Positions 9,939 to 20,479 of a stretch of 64,000 bases of DNA are shown here, one piece after another. A program made the position numbers and the translations under genes. The stretch's first letter is position 1. Each line of letters begins with the position of its first letter. Where the stretch lies: NCBI GenBank assembly GCA_044226015.1, contig JBGAHS010000010.1:348793-412792 (forward strand), read 5' to 3'. Source of the stretch: Candidatus Obscuribacteraceae bacterium. Its GTDB lineage: Bacteria > Cyanobacteriota > Vampirovibrionia > Obscuribacterales > Obscuribacteraceae. The notes under the pieces were generated by a model, which ran no database searches, was not told the DNA's origin, and saw nothing but the letters and a program-made list of their open reading frames with translations.

Positions 9939-10760
9939 TTGGGTGGTGACAACTTGAGATCGCAAATTAGCTCAGCTTTATTGATTGCAACCTTGTGTTC
10001 GCACGCCTGTGTGCTCTCAATATCTGTGCAGCCATTGCTGGCTCAATCAAGCAACTCGGCGAAAACAACTGCGTCGCTAGCTGTCAAAAAGAGTACAAAC
10101 GAAAGCACTGTTCAGGCAGAGAAAAAAACAGCGGCGATAAAGACAATCACTGCGCGTTCACAAACAGCTAACGACGGCACAGCGGGAAAAGCTCTGCCTT
10201 CAAAGAAAGAATTACAGGCTGGCAATCAAAGCAAGTCGGACAATAGTGCTGGATCGAAAAAGCCGGAAGGAAAACATTCACAAACCATGCCTGTTTCGCA
10301 TACAGCTCGTGCTGGCCTGGTGCCACCGCCACCGCCTGTAGTGCCTACTATCGGCCCCGAAGGCATGATGGGAATGGGTCCCATGATTTTTGTTGGCGAA
10401 AATGTTGAGTATATGCCACTTGCTGACGTACTTGAACTCAAGGACAAGACTTCAAAGGATATAGAGAAGACAAAGAGATCTCTTGATGATTTGACCTCTC
10501 TGGCAAGCGAAAAATCTCAAAGAGCCGTCAATTTCGATGCATTGTATGCTCAGGGCGTAGTGAGCAAGCGCGAGCTAGAAGCTAGCAAGCGTGAAGATGA
10601 GAGCACAGCTCGTGAATTGACTGATCAAAAACAGAATCTTTCAGTTTTAGAGCAGAAGATGGCGCGCATCGAAAAGCGTATTGCTGATTTGAACAAGAAA
10701 AAGGCTTTCAGTAAATCAACTACGAAAACCAATAAAGGCATGTCAAAAAAACGTAGCTAA
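9939..10760 (+). CDS. Putative exported protein with C-terminal coiled-coil hairpin
   Basis: Signal-peptide-like N-terminus; Ser/Lys/Pro-rich linker; LYAQGVVSKRELE resembles the hairpin tip of membrane-fusion proteins. Confidence 0.65.
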   Translation: MGGDNLRSQISSALLIATLCSHACVLSISVQPLLAQSSNSAKTTASLAVKKSTNESTVQAEKKTAAIKTITARSQTANDGTAGKALPSKKELQAGNQSKSDNSAGSKKPEGKHSQTMPVSHTARAGLVPPPPPVVPTIGPEGMMGMGPMIFVGENVEYMPLADVLELKDKTSKDIEKTKRSLDDLTSLASEKSQRAVNFDALYAQGVVSKRELEASKREDESTARELTDQKQNLSVLEQKMARIEKRIADLNKKKAFSKSTTKTNKGMSKKRS

Positions 10761-10761
10761 C

Positions 10762-11361
10762 TCAAAACAATGCGTAGATCATTGGAGCTAATGGCGTGGT
10801 TTGCACAAAAAACACCATCAGCCCCCAAGCTAATCCGACAAATAAACAAGGCAGAATTAAGATATCGCCATTTTTGCCAAAGTAATTGAGCATTTGGAAA
10901 ATATAGTTTTGAGTCTTTTTCTTGCCACTGGATATAATGGCGCCTTCGTCCGTCGAACTTTTTCTTGTCCAGCCCTCAAAGTCTCCACAGGAGTCATTCC
11001 AGGTATAGAAAGGATCCTTCCCTTTTACCTTTTGCATAATCATGCCGAGTGGTGATACGACAACAATATAGAGGAGAAGAAGTACTAGTTTGAAGACCAT
11101 TCCTGAAACGAAGCTTCCTGTGCGCTCTATAACTCTTCGAGGCAACTCGAGAATTTCAGGCGTGCCAAATCCGAGCAAAAGTAGAAAATTACCAGCGATG
11201 AGCCAGCTCAGCGCATATTTGTTCAATTGAATAAAGTAATGGTATGCACCCAAAAGTGTGAACACCCAACCTAGCGTTTGTCCAAATATCACATTCGAAC
11301 GAATCATCTCGTCTTTGATTCGAGCTTTTCGTCTTTTGAAATAACCTGACTCTGTTCTCAT
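10762..11361 (-). CDS. SxtJ-like membrane protein fused to a C-terminal SxtK/DUF5989-like peptide
   Basis: TM helices with LLLLLYIVVVSPLGMI..KGKDP; C-terminus VQTTPLAPMIYALF matches the APFIYTLF pattern. Confidence 0.7.
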   Translation of the reverse strand: MRTESGYFKRRKARIKDEMIRSNVIFGQTLGWVFTLLGAYHYFIQLNKYALSWLIAGNFLLLLGFGTPEILELPRRVIERTGSFVSGMVFKLVLLLLYIVVVSPLGMIMQKVKGKDPFYTWNDSCGDFEGWTRKSSTDEGAIISSGKKKTQNYIFQMLNYFGKNGDILILPCLFVGLAWGLMVFFVQTTPLAPMIYALF

Positions 11362-11373
11362 CTCACAAGTTAC

Positions 11374-12948
11374 CTAATTCAATTCGAAGATCATCTTGCG
11401 ATCTTCTGACGAGAAATCGGCCATGATTTTGATTTCGCTGATATCAAAATCGGCGTTCGAAACCACAAACTCCATTTCTTTTCCTTGTTTTTCGCCAAGG
11501 TCAAGATAATGTCCAACCATGTACTCGTGCCGAGCTGGGTCGTCGCCAGCTAGTATAAGTTTGCAAGATTTAAGTCCATTGCCCCTAACTTTGATTGATT
11601 TGAACTGAACTGGATGCTCAAAGTTGCATTGCGCATACCATCTATGAAAGGGCATCAGAAATAGTTTGTCGGTCTCTTTAGGGTAATCAATTGTGAAGGA
11701 ATTGGAGCTTAGCATTCTCAGATTCATCGAAATTGGTGCCCAGTCGTTGAAGACATATTGATGTTTGTCTTTTTCCATTTCTGAGCTGCCGTTTTTGCGA
11801 CCGAGGACATCGGGGTGCTCTTTTTCAAGATAGGCGAGTGCTTGTTCGGCATAGTAGTGGTTAACTATAGGACCAGGATGCGCATCGGTTGGGGTAGCGC
11901 CCAATACAAATTCGGGAACTCCTGGTACGTTTGCGAAGCGACTTTGATACCACTTAGTCATTTGAGGAAGTACGTCGAGGTACTCAATTTTGTCCTGATA
12001 AAATACTTGCTCGACGGGCCACATTCTTTCTTGAAACTTCTTTGGTGTTGGAAAAACCATCATCATGAAGAATTGAGGAACTCCAGACTCATGAATGAAT
12101 TCACTGGTTTCTTTCAGAGTCTCTTTGTACTGCTCGAAGTTTCGCCCTTCCAACAATTTCATTTCCCACATTGACCATTCCCAGCCGGTTTCTTCGTTGC
12201 TTGTGGCTCTGCTGTAATTGAATGTGCGGCGACTGTCTAGATAGCGCACCAATCGCGGCCAGAAAGTGTAGAAAAAACCTGCTACACCTTCGTAGTTTGG
12301 TGGTCCATAATAAAAAAGGCCCTTGTGCGATTTTGTTTCGCGATAGCGATTTTTGACAATGGGCAAGCCCGTTTTCTTATCATCTTCCGTGGGGTCGTTG
12401 ATTACATAACTCCAGATAATCATATCTGGTTTGTATTCCTTGATCAGGCTACGAGCCCAGCTTAGCTCTCTTCTCGTATTTGCGCCGCAAAGACCTGCTG
12501 CTATAACTTCAACATCATAACCCTTTCGGTCTATTTCTGCTTGCAGCTGACGCCACCACGTGTGGTTCATGTTCAGCAAGCCGTGTCCCCAAACAAAGGA
12601 GTCACCCATCACCAGAATTCGCCGAGAATGCGTTTTGGCTGGGCTTATTTTATAGGCATCTGAGCGCCATATAGGTGACTCGAAAGTGGCATAGTTGCGT
12701 TCTAAAAGCATGTTGGCTGCGTTTGTCGTTTGCTTTTCCCAATCAGTGGAAATAAGTAAGCCGCGTGTTTCTAGCCAATCTAAAACAACTCGGTCAATCA
12801 CGGTCATGGTCAAAAGCAAAAAGCACAATGAAATGGCAAAGTATTTCATTGCATATGGTGGAAAAAATACAAGGTCCTTCAGCGGTAAATCCGCGAAAAT
12901 ACTTCTGAACTCATCTTTGAACTTGTGAGATTCAGCCCTGACTTTCAT
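11374..12948 (-). CDS. SGNH/GDSL hydrolase family protein, membrane-anchored
   Basis: RILVMGDSFVWG block I; YVIND block III; DAHP block V. Confidence 0.85.
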   Translation of the reverse strand: MKVRAESHKFKDEFRSIFADLPLKDLVFFPPYAMKYFAISLCFLLLTMTVIDRVVLDWLETRGLLISTDWEKQTTNAANMLLERNYATFESPIWRSDAYKISPAKTHSRRILVMGDSFVWGHGLLNMNHTWWRQLQAEIDRKGYDVEVIAAGLCGANTRRELSWARSLIKEYKPDMIIWSYVINDPTEDDKKTGLPIVKNRYRETKSHKGLFYYGPPNYEGVAGFFYTFWPRLVRYLDSRRTFNYSRATSNEETGWEWSMWEMKLLEGRNFEQYKETLKETSEFIHESGVPQFFMMMVFPTPKKFQERMWPVEQVFYQDKIEYLDVLPQMTKWYQSRFANVPGVPEFVLGATPTDAHPGPIVNHYYAEQALAYLEKEHPDVLGRKNGSSEMEKDKHQYVFNDWAPISMNLRMLSSNSFTIDYPKETDKLFLMPFHRWYAQCNFEHPVQFKSIKVRGNGLKSCKLILAGDDPARHEYMVGHYLDLGEKQGKEMEFVVSNADFDISEIKIMADFSSEDRKMIFELN

Positions 12949-14611
12949 TGTTTTGTACAGATTGCGCCGACTGATCTGAATCAGAGGGTTGACTTGCGGA
13001 GCTCGTATTTAGAGCCTCAGCCAGTTTGGCCGCTGCAAGCTCTTTCTCTCTCTTATTGTTGTTTCGGTAGCCATAACCGAAATAAATAAGCATGCCTATA
13101 GCCATCCATATGAAAAATCTAAACCAGGTAAGCAGAGGCAAGCTAAGCATCAGCCCCAGGCAACTCAGTATTCCCAATATTGGTACATAAGGAGACCCTG
13201 GACACTTAAATGGGCGAGGAATGTCAGGGTGCGCCTTACGCAGGACCATGACGCCACCACAGACAAGAATGAATGCTGCCAGAGTTCCGATATTTGTAAG
13301 TTCGGCTGCCTGTCCGATGTCCATCAACATGGCTGAGACGCCTACGAAAGCTCCTGTAAGAATAGTTGGCCACAATGGTGTGCGGAATTTGGGATGAAGG
13401 TCGCCGAAAAATTTAGGCAGCAAGCGGTCGCGAGCCATAGCCATGAAGATGCGAGGTTGTCCTAGCTGAAATACCAATATCACAGATGTCATTCCCGCAA
13501 GGGCACCAATGGTGACCAGAGCATGCGCCCAATTCGCTCCTACTGATTTCAGGGCTGTCGCAACGCAAGCAGCGTCTCCTGCGTAAGTTTTGTAGGGCAG
13601 AATTCCTGTCAGTACGAGTGAAACTAAGATGTACAGAATCGAGCAAATTAAAAGGCTTCCGAGCATACCAATGGGCATATCTCGTTGCGGATTCTTAGTC
13701 TCTTCCGCTGCAGAACTGAGCGCATCGAATCCGATAAAGCTGAAAAACACAAGAGCGGATGCGCCCATGATTGCTGACCAACCATGTGGAGCAAATGGTA
13801 CCCAGTTTTCCGGCTTGATGAAGAACGCACCATACGCGATGAAGAAGATTACTGTGGTTGTCTTGATTATTACTGCCCACATATTCATGCGGGCACTTTC
13901 CTGAACGCCAATCACGAGAAACCAGGTAATAATCACCATGATTGCAAGTGCTGGAATGTCCAGTGCAATTTGCTGACCAAATATCGTCGGCAAATCAATG
14001 CTCGAATAAATGTTCATCTCTGGATTTTTGGCAATTTCGCCTATTCGCGCTAAGGCTGTGCCTTTGTCAGTTGCCAGCCATAATGGTATTTTGAGATGGC
14101 ACGCATAAAGTAAATGTGTGAAGTAGTCAGACCAGCTCACAACGATGGCGATGTTGCCGACCGCATATTCGAGAATCAAATCCCACCCGATTATCCACGC
14201 AATCATCTCTCCAAGAGCTGCGTATGCGAAGGTATAGGCTGAGCCGGACACGGGAATCATCGCTGCTAGCTCTGCATAGCAGAGTGCGGTGAGTCCCGTC
14301 GCAGCAGCAGCAATCATGAATGAGATAACAATTGCCGGACCCGCACCATCTCTTCCCAGGTCGCTGTGTAGCAGGAAATTGATGATGGGAGTTTCGAGAA
14401 TGCTTCTCTGTACTACAGTCTGCCCCGCCGCTGCGGTGCCTGTCAGTGCAAAAATACCTGAGCCAATCGTCGCGCCGATACCCATCAAAACAAGGTCGAA
14501 CGCGCTGAGTGTCTTCTTCATCAGCCGCGTTTCGTGATATGCCTCGTCGATTAGCTCCTGAGGAGATCTCGTGCGAAGTAGGCTACGGAAGAAATTTGAT
14601 TTAGTGTTCAA
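12932..14611 (-). CDS. Amino acid permease, APC superfamily (cationic amino acid transporter-like)
   Basis: GIGATIGSGIF, ALCYAELAAMIPVSGSAY, FFSFIGFD..AEETKNPQRD; many TM helices. Confidence 0.95.
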   Translation of the reverse strand: MNTKSNFFRSLLRTRSPQELIDEAYHETRLMKKTLSAFDLVLMGIGATIGSGIFALTGTAAAGQTVVQRSILETPIINFLLHSDLGRDGAGPAIVISFMIAAAATGLTALCYAELAAMIPVSGSAYTFAYAALGEMIAWIIGWDLILEYAVGNIAIVVSWSDYFTHLLYACHLKIPLWLATDKGTALARIGEIAKNPEMNIYSSIDLPTIFGQQIALDIPALAIMVIITWFLVIGVQESARMNMWAVIIKTTTVIFFIAYGAFFIKPENWVPFAPHGWSAIMGASALVFFSFIGFDALSSAAEETKNPQRDMPIGMLGSLLICSILYILVSLVLTGILPYKTYAGDAACVATALKSVGANWAHALVTIGALAGMTSVILVFQLGQPRIFMAMARDRLLPKFFGDLHPKFRTPLWPTILTGAFVGVSAMLMDIGQAAELTNIGTLAAFILVCGGVMVLRKAHPDIPRPFKCPGSPYVPILGILSCLGLMLSLPLLTWFRFFIWMAIGMLIYFGYGYRNNNKREKELAAAKLAEALNTSSASQPSDSDQSAQSVQNNESQG

Positions 14612-14625
14612 TTGAGTAGTTGTGG

Positions 14626-17600
14626 TTATTTTATGCTCGCTGACTTCACAGTCACGTTGCCAGCTCTGTCGCTAACCTTAACTTCAATCTTCTTGGCTCC
14701 TGCGGGGCAGGAAACATCAGAGGCAATTAAAGTATTGCTTAGCCCGTCGCTGCTGTTGGCAGTGGCTGCAAATCCGAAAAACTCGCCATCATCAAACCTG
14801 AACATTGCGTTCACTATAGGACTCTGGCCGTCTTTCGCAACAACCTTGCATTCTACTTTGTTATTGCTCTTGCGTTTGCATTCAATGAGTTCAATTTCAG
14901 GTGCGGTGTTGTCTACCGTCACTGCCCTTACATTGATTGTGTGGTGGTGGTCTTCGGGATTTGACAGTCTGTCATCCAGAATAAATTTTAGAATGTAATT
15001 GCCGTCTTTTTGTTTTGCCGTGTCCCAGTTGTAAGTGAAAGACTCGGTTGAAGCACCTTCGCTTGCCTTCCCAGTAGTGCTGGAACTGCTGCTGCTTCCA
15101 CTTGCGCCTCTGGCACTCTTGGGCTTGCTTGACTTCTTCTTCTCCTCAGCTTTGTCATCTGACTTGTCATCGTCTTTCTTGTCGTCGCGATCTGGAGCTT
15201 TGTCCTTATCTTTTTCGCTGTCTTTGTCTTTTTTATCGCTGCTATCAGCGTCCTTATTTTCCTTGTCTTTATTGTCAGCGCTATTGCCATCTTGTTTGTC
15301 AGATTCCTCCTCGAGGAATATTGGAGCATCATTCATGGCACTAGATGCGATGGCGTTGGGATGGAAGCTCAGAAGCTTTAATTTCTTACCGTTAGAACTC
15401 TTTGAGCCTTTCTTTTGCTCGGTTCCTTTATTGGAATCGTTATCAGGATCCTTCTTGTCTGGATCTTTTCGTCCTGGGTCCTTCTTATCGGGCTCTTTTC
15501 TCTCAGGGTCGTCCTTCTTCTCATCAGAGGCTTTGTCGCCGACTGCTTCAATTACTTTGATGTCTTTTTTAGCATCAGCCTTATCTGGTTCTTTCTTTTC
15601 AGACTTGTCTGAACCACTTTCTTTGCTGGCGCTGCTGCTTTCCTTCTTGGCAGTTTTAGGGCGCAAATCGGAAGCGAGCTTTTCCCAGGTTTTGCCTCCG
15701 TCTTTTGAAATATCAATTGAGCAGAGCATGTTATCGCCGTCGGAATCAGTTCCGGTGAAGCTAATGTCCTGTTTGCCATTGACGCAGCTAGCAGCCTTTA
15801 GTGAGATTGATGAAAATTGAGGCGCAACATCTTTAGGCATGTAGACCACATCAATTCTACCTATTTGTGGACCTTGAGCTTTAAGATTTGCACTGTCTGT
15901 GGTGCTCACCCATGTGAGTCTATATTGTAGGAATCGCCCTGCTGGTGAACTCAATAGATAAGATTCACCATCATATTTAGCAGTTGACCACTCGCTCCAC
16001 GTTTGATCTTCAATAGATGTATTGCCAGTTCTGGTTTCGACTTTTACGTGGGTGGCAACAACAGGGTCTGCTTCTGTGAAAGGACCGTTGGTTCGCAGTC
16101 TTATCCAATTAGCTATTCGTCCGCCATCTTTTACTTTTGATTCGTAATAAGGCGCTTTGGCAGAGCTGAGATTGAAGCACTTCAACAGTGATAGGTTCGA
16201 GCTTCCAGCAAATAGTTGCTTACCATTTGAAGCTAGAGCAAGGACTGCTTCCTGGTCAGTGTGGCATACAGGAATGAAGAATGGTTGCTCAGTTACCGGG
16301 TCTATCGCAGCCATAGTGATGTCACCTTCTGCGTCTCCCGAGAAGACTGCATCACGATCGGCATCGTAGTGCAAAGTATAGAAGGCTTCACTGCTTGCCA
16401 GGGACTGTGCATCACCAGAACTCAAAATGCGCACAAGTTTGCCCTGGTTAGCAGTTGATACATAAACGTCACCGCCACGCGTTTTAGCTATGCCAGTCAC
16501 GATGTGGTCTGGCGTCTGGTAGACAGAATGGGCTTGTCCATTTTCGTCAATTCTGTATACTGAGCCCTTTTCAGCAGTTCCGACATAGAGCTGCTTGTGT
16601 GTTTTGGAATAGAACAATGCACTTACGTGTGCTTGGCCAGTGTCAAACAACATGCTTGAGTTATGGTTTTTGTCTAGTTTATAGACCTTGCCGTTTCCAG
16701 CGACACCAACATAGACGTTATCTGCATCGTCGCAACACAGTGCTGATATGACGGGCTCAGAAGGTTTGAAAATTTGCTTCTTTGCGCCAGACTGGCTAAT
16801 TGAATACACTCCACCGTTTGGAACTGCGGAAGCATAGATGGTTCCGCTCGAATCAGCAGTGATAGCAGAGATCATGCTTGTGTCGAGAGTCGCAAATTTT
16901 TCTGGCTTGCTCTCGTCACCTTTCCAGCGCCACACAGCGTTATCTGCTGCATAATAGAAGTAGCCTTGAGAAAATATGCCGGACCAGATTGTTGAGTCGG
17001 GCGCGACACCTTTGCTGGCTAGAGCATCAAGCCCTGGTCCTACGCGACCCCAGCTATCTATTGTAGAGCCTTCAGTCTTACCATTGTGGAAATCATCTTC
17101 TGTCTCTTGACGCCAGATTTGGTGCAGCCTCATGTGGGGGTAGAGTTTACCCGCTGAAGAAAATGTTGATCCATTAGCGGTTGTAGTCTTCGCGCTGCTT
17201 GTCGAACCCGACTGCGTTGAGCCTGATTGAACAACGATTGCACTTGCTGCAATTCCGTTTGAAATTACTGTCACTCCAGGCGATGAGCGTCCTCCGCGAG
17301 CTACCGGTGGCGACGAAGATGATGCTGAACCAATTGTCTTTCTCGCCAGTTCGGTCATTGATGGGTCATCACCACCAACATAGGTCGGCATCGGTGATGG
17401 TGCCGACTTCGCGGCTGCTTTATCAGGATTTCTTACTTCTACAGTAAGGATATGGCTTCCGTAAAGCATCCAATCCGTTTGCTTACTTGTTTTCAGTTCG
17501 CCTTTGATAATTTGTGGACCGCGTGTGTGCCGGTTGGAGAACAATACTTTGCTCCAATGGCTGGGCGGGTCTGGAATTTTAACGCCATCAAGCAGTAAAG

Positions 17601-19368
17601 TCTGCGCTGGCAGCCCGACTACGAGGTTTATAGCATCACCACGACCTTCTTTTCTCAATTCTTCTGCTATTTGTTTGAGCGATTCCGGTTCAGGGTCTTG
17701 CAAGCCCATACGGTGCCTGACATAGTCGATCTGGTCACCGCCTGCGACACCAATCACCAGGTTGCCGTCTGGAGCATCTCGAGGAATTTGAAAACTCAAA
17801 GTTTCAACCTTTTGCTCCTGATTATATGGCTTGACGATGCACATAACTTTGACTTGTTCGCCAGGTGCAGCAAAAGCCTTCTCTACATAAACTCGGTCGA
17901 GCGTTGCCGTTTGATGTCCATCTTCAAGTGTCACTCTGATTTTGAATGACTTTATTGATGCTTTCTGGAATTCGTTGTTTGAAATGCTTGATGCCGCGCG
18001 GTAGACAGAGCCGGCAATGGAATTGCCTCCCATCAAGCCCATAAGCATTTCCAAAATGGAATGTGCTGCAATATTTGATGCGTAACGATCTGTGCGCACT
18101 ATTGGCTCAATACCGTCAGCCTCCAGTGTGCTCTCTACCTTCGCAACGTAGGGACCTGCATACTGGTGTGTTGCATCCACTGCTGACATTGTTGTTGCCG
18201 CAAGAAGTTGTGGTGTCAGATCAGGATGGTCAATTATTTTAGAATTATAGGTTCTCTGAATTTTTCTTGTTTCATCAACGATATCGAAAGAGCAAGGAAT
18301 CATCTTCGAAGCTTTGCCGATAGAACCACCGCATGACCATGGTCTGTCTGCTGTGAATGTGCCGACCTCAGCTATCGGAGAGGCAAGCTTGAATGAAACC
18401 GAGAGACTGGGCAAAACTTTGTGTACAACAGAAGTCGCCATTGGGCACTCAATTGAGCCAGCAGACATGAAAGGATGTCCGAATGCGACGACTTTATTTC
18501 CGAACCTTGCAGTGGTTGTTCCTGTGGCAACAGCTGTGAAATCGCCTGATGTTAGCAAGACGCTAATGGACGAACCTGGCTTAATTTGTGTTGCTGCTTG
18601 TGGGTTTAGACCCGATGTCGTCAAACCTCCAGAAGCGCCAGAGCTAACCATCATGCCCATGTCTTTGAAAAGACCGGAGAGGTATTTTTCAGCATTCGGC
18701 GAAAATCCGGCTAGTGCCACGGGCGATACCAATGGTGTCATGCGAACGTCGCCGGTGCTCACTTCTTTCAGCCCACTCTGCGCCCACGGAACCTTGAAAC
18801 CCCGGCTATCTGGCGTTTTTGCAATCGGTGTCTTGCCTTCATTACTGTCTGCGAGGGCATCCAACATGTCTACGATGGGAGTGACCCCTGCTATAGGCTC
18901 TTTGGAGAAGTCATATCCGAACGAAATGGCGCCAATTAGCTTTCCATTTATGTAGCAGGGGCTTCCCGACATACCTCGAATAACATTGTTTTTCTCGATG
19001 GCTTGTCCACCCATGCGCACCAGAATTGCATCTCTTCCCGACATTACTTTCTTCAGTATGCCGATGACAGAAATATCAAATTTCTGAATAGCATTGCCTT
19101 GAAACACCGATAAACCATAGCCGGTCATGCCAGGCTTGATCTCTTCAGTCGTCATATACGACCCTGGAGTCAGGTATTTATGAACATACGCGGCATTGTA
19201 TGTGTCAATGAATTGCTCATTTTTTTGACTTGGCTTTTGAGCAAGGGTATCCATTTCGTCGCTTGTTCGAGCGACTGTCGGCAGGCTCGTTTGAATTAAT
19301 AAGCCGAACGCAAGAAGGATACTGAGAATGGAATGGAACAGGCTGGTTGTTAGTTTTTTATTTTGCAC
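14626..19368 (-). CDS. Large exported SpoIVB-type (S55) peptidase-domain protein fused to beta-propeller and Ig/FN3-like domains
   Basis: Signal peptide; IKPGMTGYGLSVFQG, RGMSGSPCYINGKLIGAIS, AFGHPF; repeated VYVG..GKVY blades; TVDNTAP. Confidence 0.85.
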   Translation of the reverse strand: MQNKKLTTSLFHSILSILLAFGLLIQTSLPTVARTSDEMDTLAQKPSQKNEQFIDTYNAAYVHKYLTPGSYMTTEEIKPGMTGYGLSVFQGNAIQKFDISVIGILKKVMSGRDAILVRMGGQAIEKNNVIRGMSGSPCYINGKLIGAISFGYDFSKEPIAGVTPIVDMLDALADSNEGKTPIAKTPDSRGFKVPWAQSGLKEVSTGDVRMTPLVSPVALAGFSPNAEKYLSGLFKDMGMMVSSGASGGLTTSGLNPQAATQIKPGSSISVLLTSGDFTAVATGTTTARFGNKVVAFGHPFMSAGSIECPMATSVVHKVLPSLSVSFKLASPIAEVGTFTADRPWSCGGSIGKASKMIPCSFDIVDETRKIQRTYNSKIIDHPDLTPQLLAATTMSAVDATHQYAGPYVAKVESTLEADGIEPIVRTDRYASNIAAHSILEMLMGLMGGNSIAGSVYRAASSISNNEFQKASIKSFKIRVTLEDGHQTATLDRVYVEKAFAAPGEQVKVMCIVKPYNQEQKVETLSFQIPRDAPDGNLVIGVAGGDQIDYVRHRMGLQDPEPESLKQIAEELRKEGRGDAINLVVGLPAQTLLLDGVKIPDPPSHWSKVLFSNRHTRGPQIIKGELKTSKQTDWMLYGSHILTVEVRNPDKAAAKSAPSPMPTYVGGDDPSMTELARKTIGSASSSSPPVARGGRSSPGVTVISNGIAASAIVVQSGSTQSGSTSSAKTTTANGSTFSSAGKLYPHMRLHQIWRQETEDDFHNGKTEGSTIDSWGRVGPGLDALASKGVAPDSTIWSGIFSQGYFYYAADNAVWRWKGDESKPEKFATLDTSMISAITADSSGTIYASAVPNGGVYSISQSGAKKQIFKPSEPVISALCCDDADNVYVGVAGNGKVYKLDKNHNSSMLFDTGQAHVSALFYSKTHKQLYVGTAEKGSVYRIDENGQAHSVYQTPDHIVTGIAKTRGGDVYVSTANQGKLVRILSSGDAQSLASSEAFYTLHYDADRDAVFSGDAEGDITMAAIDPVTEQPFFIPVCHTDQEAVLALASNGKQLFAGSSNLSLLKCFNLSSAKAPYYESKVKDGGRIANWIRLRTNGPFTEADPVVATHVKVETRTGNTSIEDQTWSEWSTAKYDGESYLLSSPAGRFLQYRLTWVSTTDSANLKAQGPQIGRIDVVYMPKDVAPQFSSISLKAASCVNGKQDISFTGTDSDGDNMLCSIDISKDGGKTWEKLASDLRPKTAKKESSSASKESGSDKSEKKEPDKADAKKDIKVIEAVGDKASDEKKDDPERKEPDKKDPGRKDPDKKDPDNDSNKGTEQKKGSKSSNGKKLKLLSFHPNAIASSAMNDAPIFLEEESDKQDGNSADNKDKENKDADSSDKKDKDSEKDKDKAPDRDDKKDDDKSDDKAEEKKKSSKPKSARGASGSSSSSSTTGKASEGASTESFTYNWDTAKQKDGNYILKFILDDRLSNPEDHHHTINVRAVTVDNTAPEIELIECKRKSNNKVECKVVAKDGQSPIVNAMFRFDDGEFFGFAATANSSDGLSNTLIASDVSCPAGAKKIEVKVSDRAGNVTVKSASIK

Positions 19369-19552
19369 GGTGTCAAGAGGGTTGAACTTCGGCTCAGAAA
19401 GCTGAGCTTAGAAAAATGTGATGGTCAACATGTGGGATCTTTATTCAGATCCTTATACAGAGTACCAAAACTCGTTTTATCATGGACGGGTTTGAAGATG
19501 CCATATATAAGATTGTGGCAAGTCAAGAGTTTGTGTCGTTGGAGTCGTTCGA

Positions 19553-20401
19553 ATGAGCAAGATAGTTCGCGAAATTCTAGTCCCGTGTCTTTTAACAGTC
19601 TGCGGGGTTTTAAGCTCTGCCGCATTGGCTCAGGTGCCGACTCCAGGCGGAAACGCTGCGGCTCCGGTTCCAGGTGGCGCCGCTCCATTGCCCGGCCCAT
19701 CAGCGTCTCAGGTTTTGACCGGAGGCGGAAATGCAACTTATCGTCGTCTGCCGATTAATCATCAAACCGCAGCCATAAGGCTCGAAGAACTTCGCAACAT
19801 TATGGTTACAGCAAAGCCAAAGGAATTTCAGGATGCCATCGCCGATTATCTTGATTGGCTTTCAGATATGGCTGACGGGCACTGGAAGATATACCAGGCG
19901 TTTTCCAAAGTTGATGGAATGAAGGCTCAGGCTGATGTAGAGAAAACAACTACTTTGAAATTGGGAAGCCTGAAGCGTCAGGCACTTTTGCTCAAAGCTG
20001 AGTTCTTAATTAGAAACAATCGCCAGCCAGAAGCCTTGCAACCACTTATCGATATCGTTGTGGCTGAACCCAAAACCGCAACAGGCGATGCTGCATACGC
20101 TCTGCTTAAGCAAATCGGCTTTTCCGAAGAGGTTTCGTCGCATCCTGCTGCAACCGGTCCTAGTGGCGCGGCAGGCTCTTCAAATAAGGACATTGCTACT
20201 GCTCCAGCGGCTCCGGCTTCTGCTACTGCCGCAGCAACACCAGCTGCCGCCGCAACACCAGCTGCCGCCGCTTCTCCAGCTCTTGTTCCACCAAGCAGCA
20301 CGGCTGTGATGCCAGCGACTGCCCCTCGGACAATCAGCCCGGCAACGGTAAAGCCTGCGCCTGAGCGACGTGTCGCAGGCTCCAGCTTCATCATCAACTA
20401 G
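19553..20401 (+). CDS. Putative exported alpha-helical protein with Ala/Pro-rich tail
   Basis: Signal peptide ending ALA-Q; helical core; low-complexity C-terminus. Confidence 0.7.
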   Translation: MSKIVREILVPCLLTVCGVLSSAALAQVPTPGGNAAAPVPGGAAPLPGPSASQVLTGGGNATYRRLPINHQTAAIRLEELRNIMVTAKPKEFQDAIADYLDWLSDMADGHWKIYQAFSKVDGMKAQADVEKTTTLKLGSLKRQALLLKAEFLIRNNRQPEALQPLIDIVVAEPKTATGDAAYALLKQIGFSEEVSSHPAATGPSGAAGSSNKDIATAPAAPASATAAATPAAAATPAAAASPALVPPSSTAVMPATAPRTISPATVKPAPERRVAGSSFIIN

Positions 20402-20479
20402 GGTCCGAAGCTGCCCAGGATGGGCTCCCAGACCGAAGTCGCCAGGATTGCACTGTCCGTCAGGCTTTGCGCTTGCAGG

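Noticed and set aside
10762..12948. Saxitoxin biosynthesis cluster
   Set aside because: No sxtA, sxtG, sxtI or other core genes; J/K/L-like genes are widespread outside toxin clusters
15035..15820. 261-aa Ser/Leu/Phe-rich + strand ORF
   Set aside because: Antisense to the Lys/Asp/Glu-rich insert of the S55 peptidase gene
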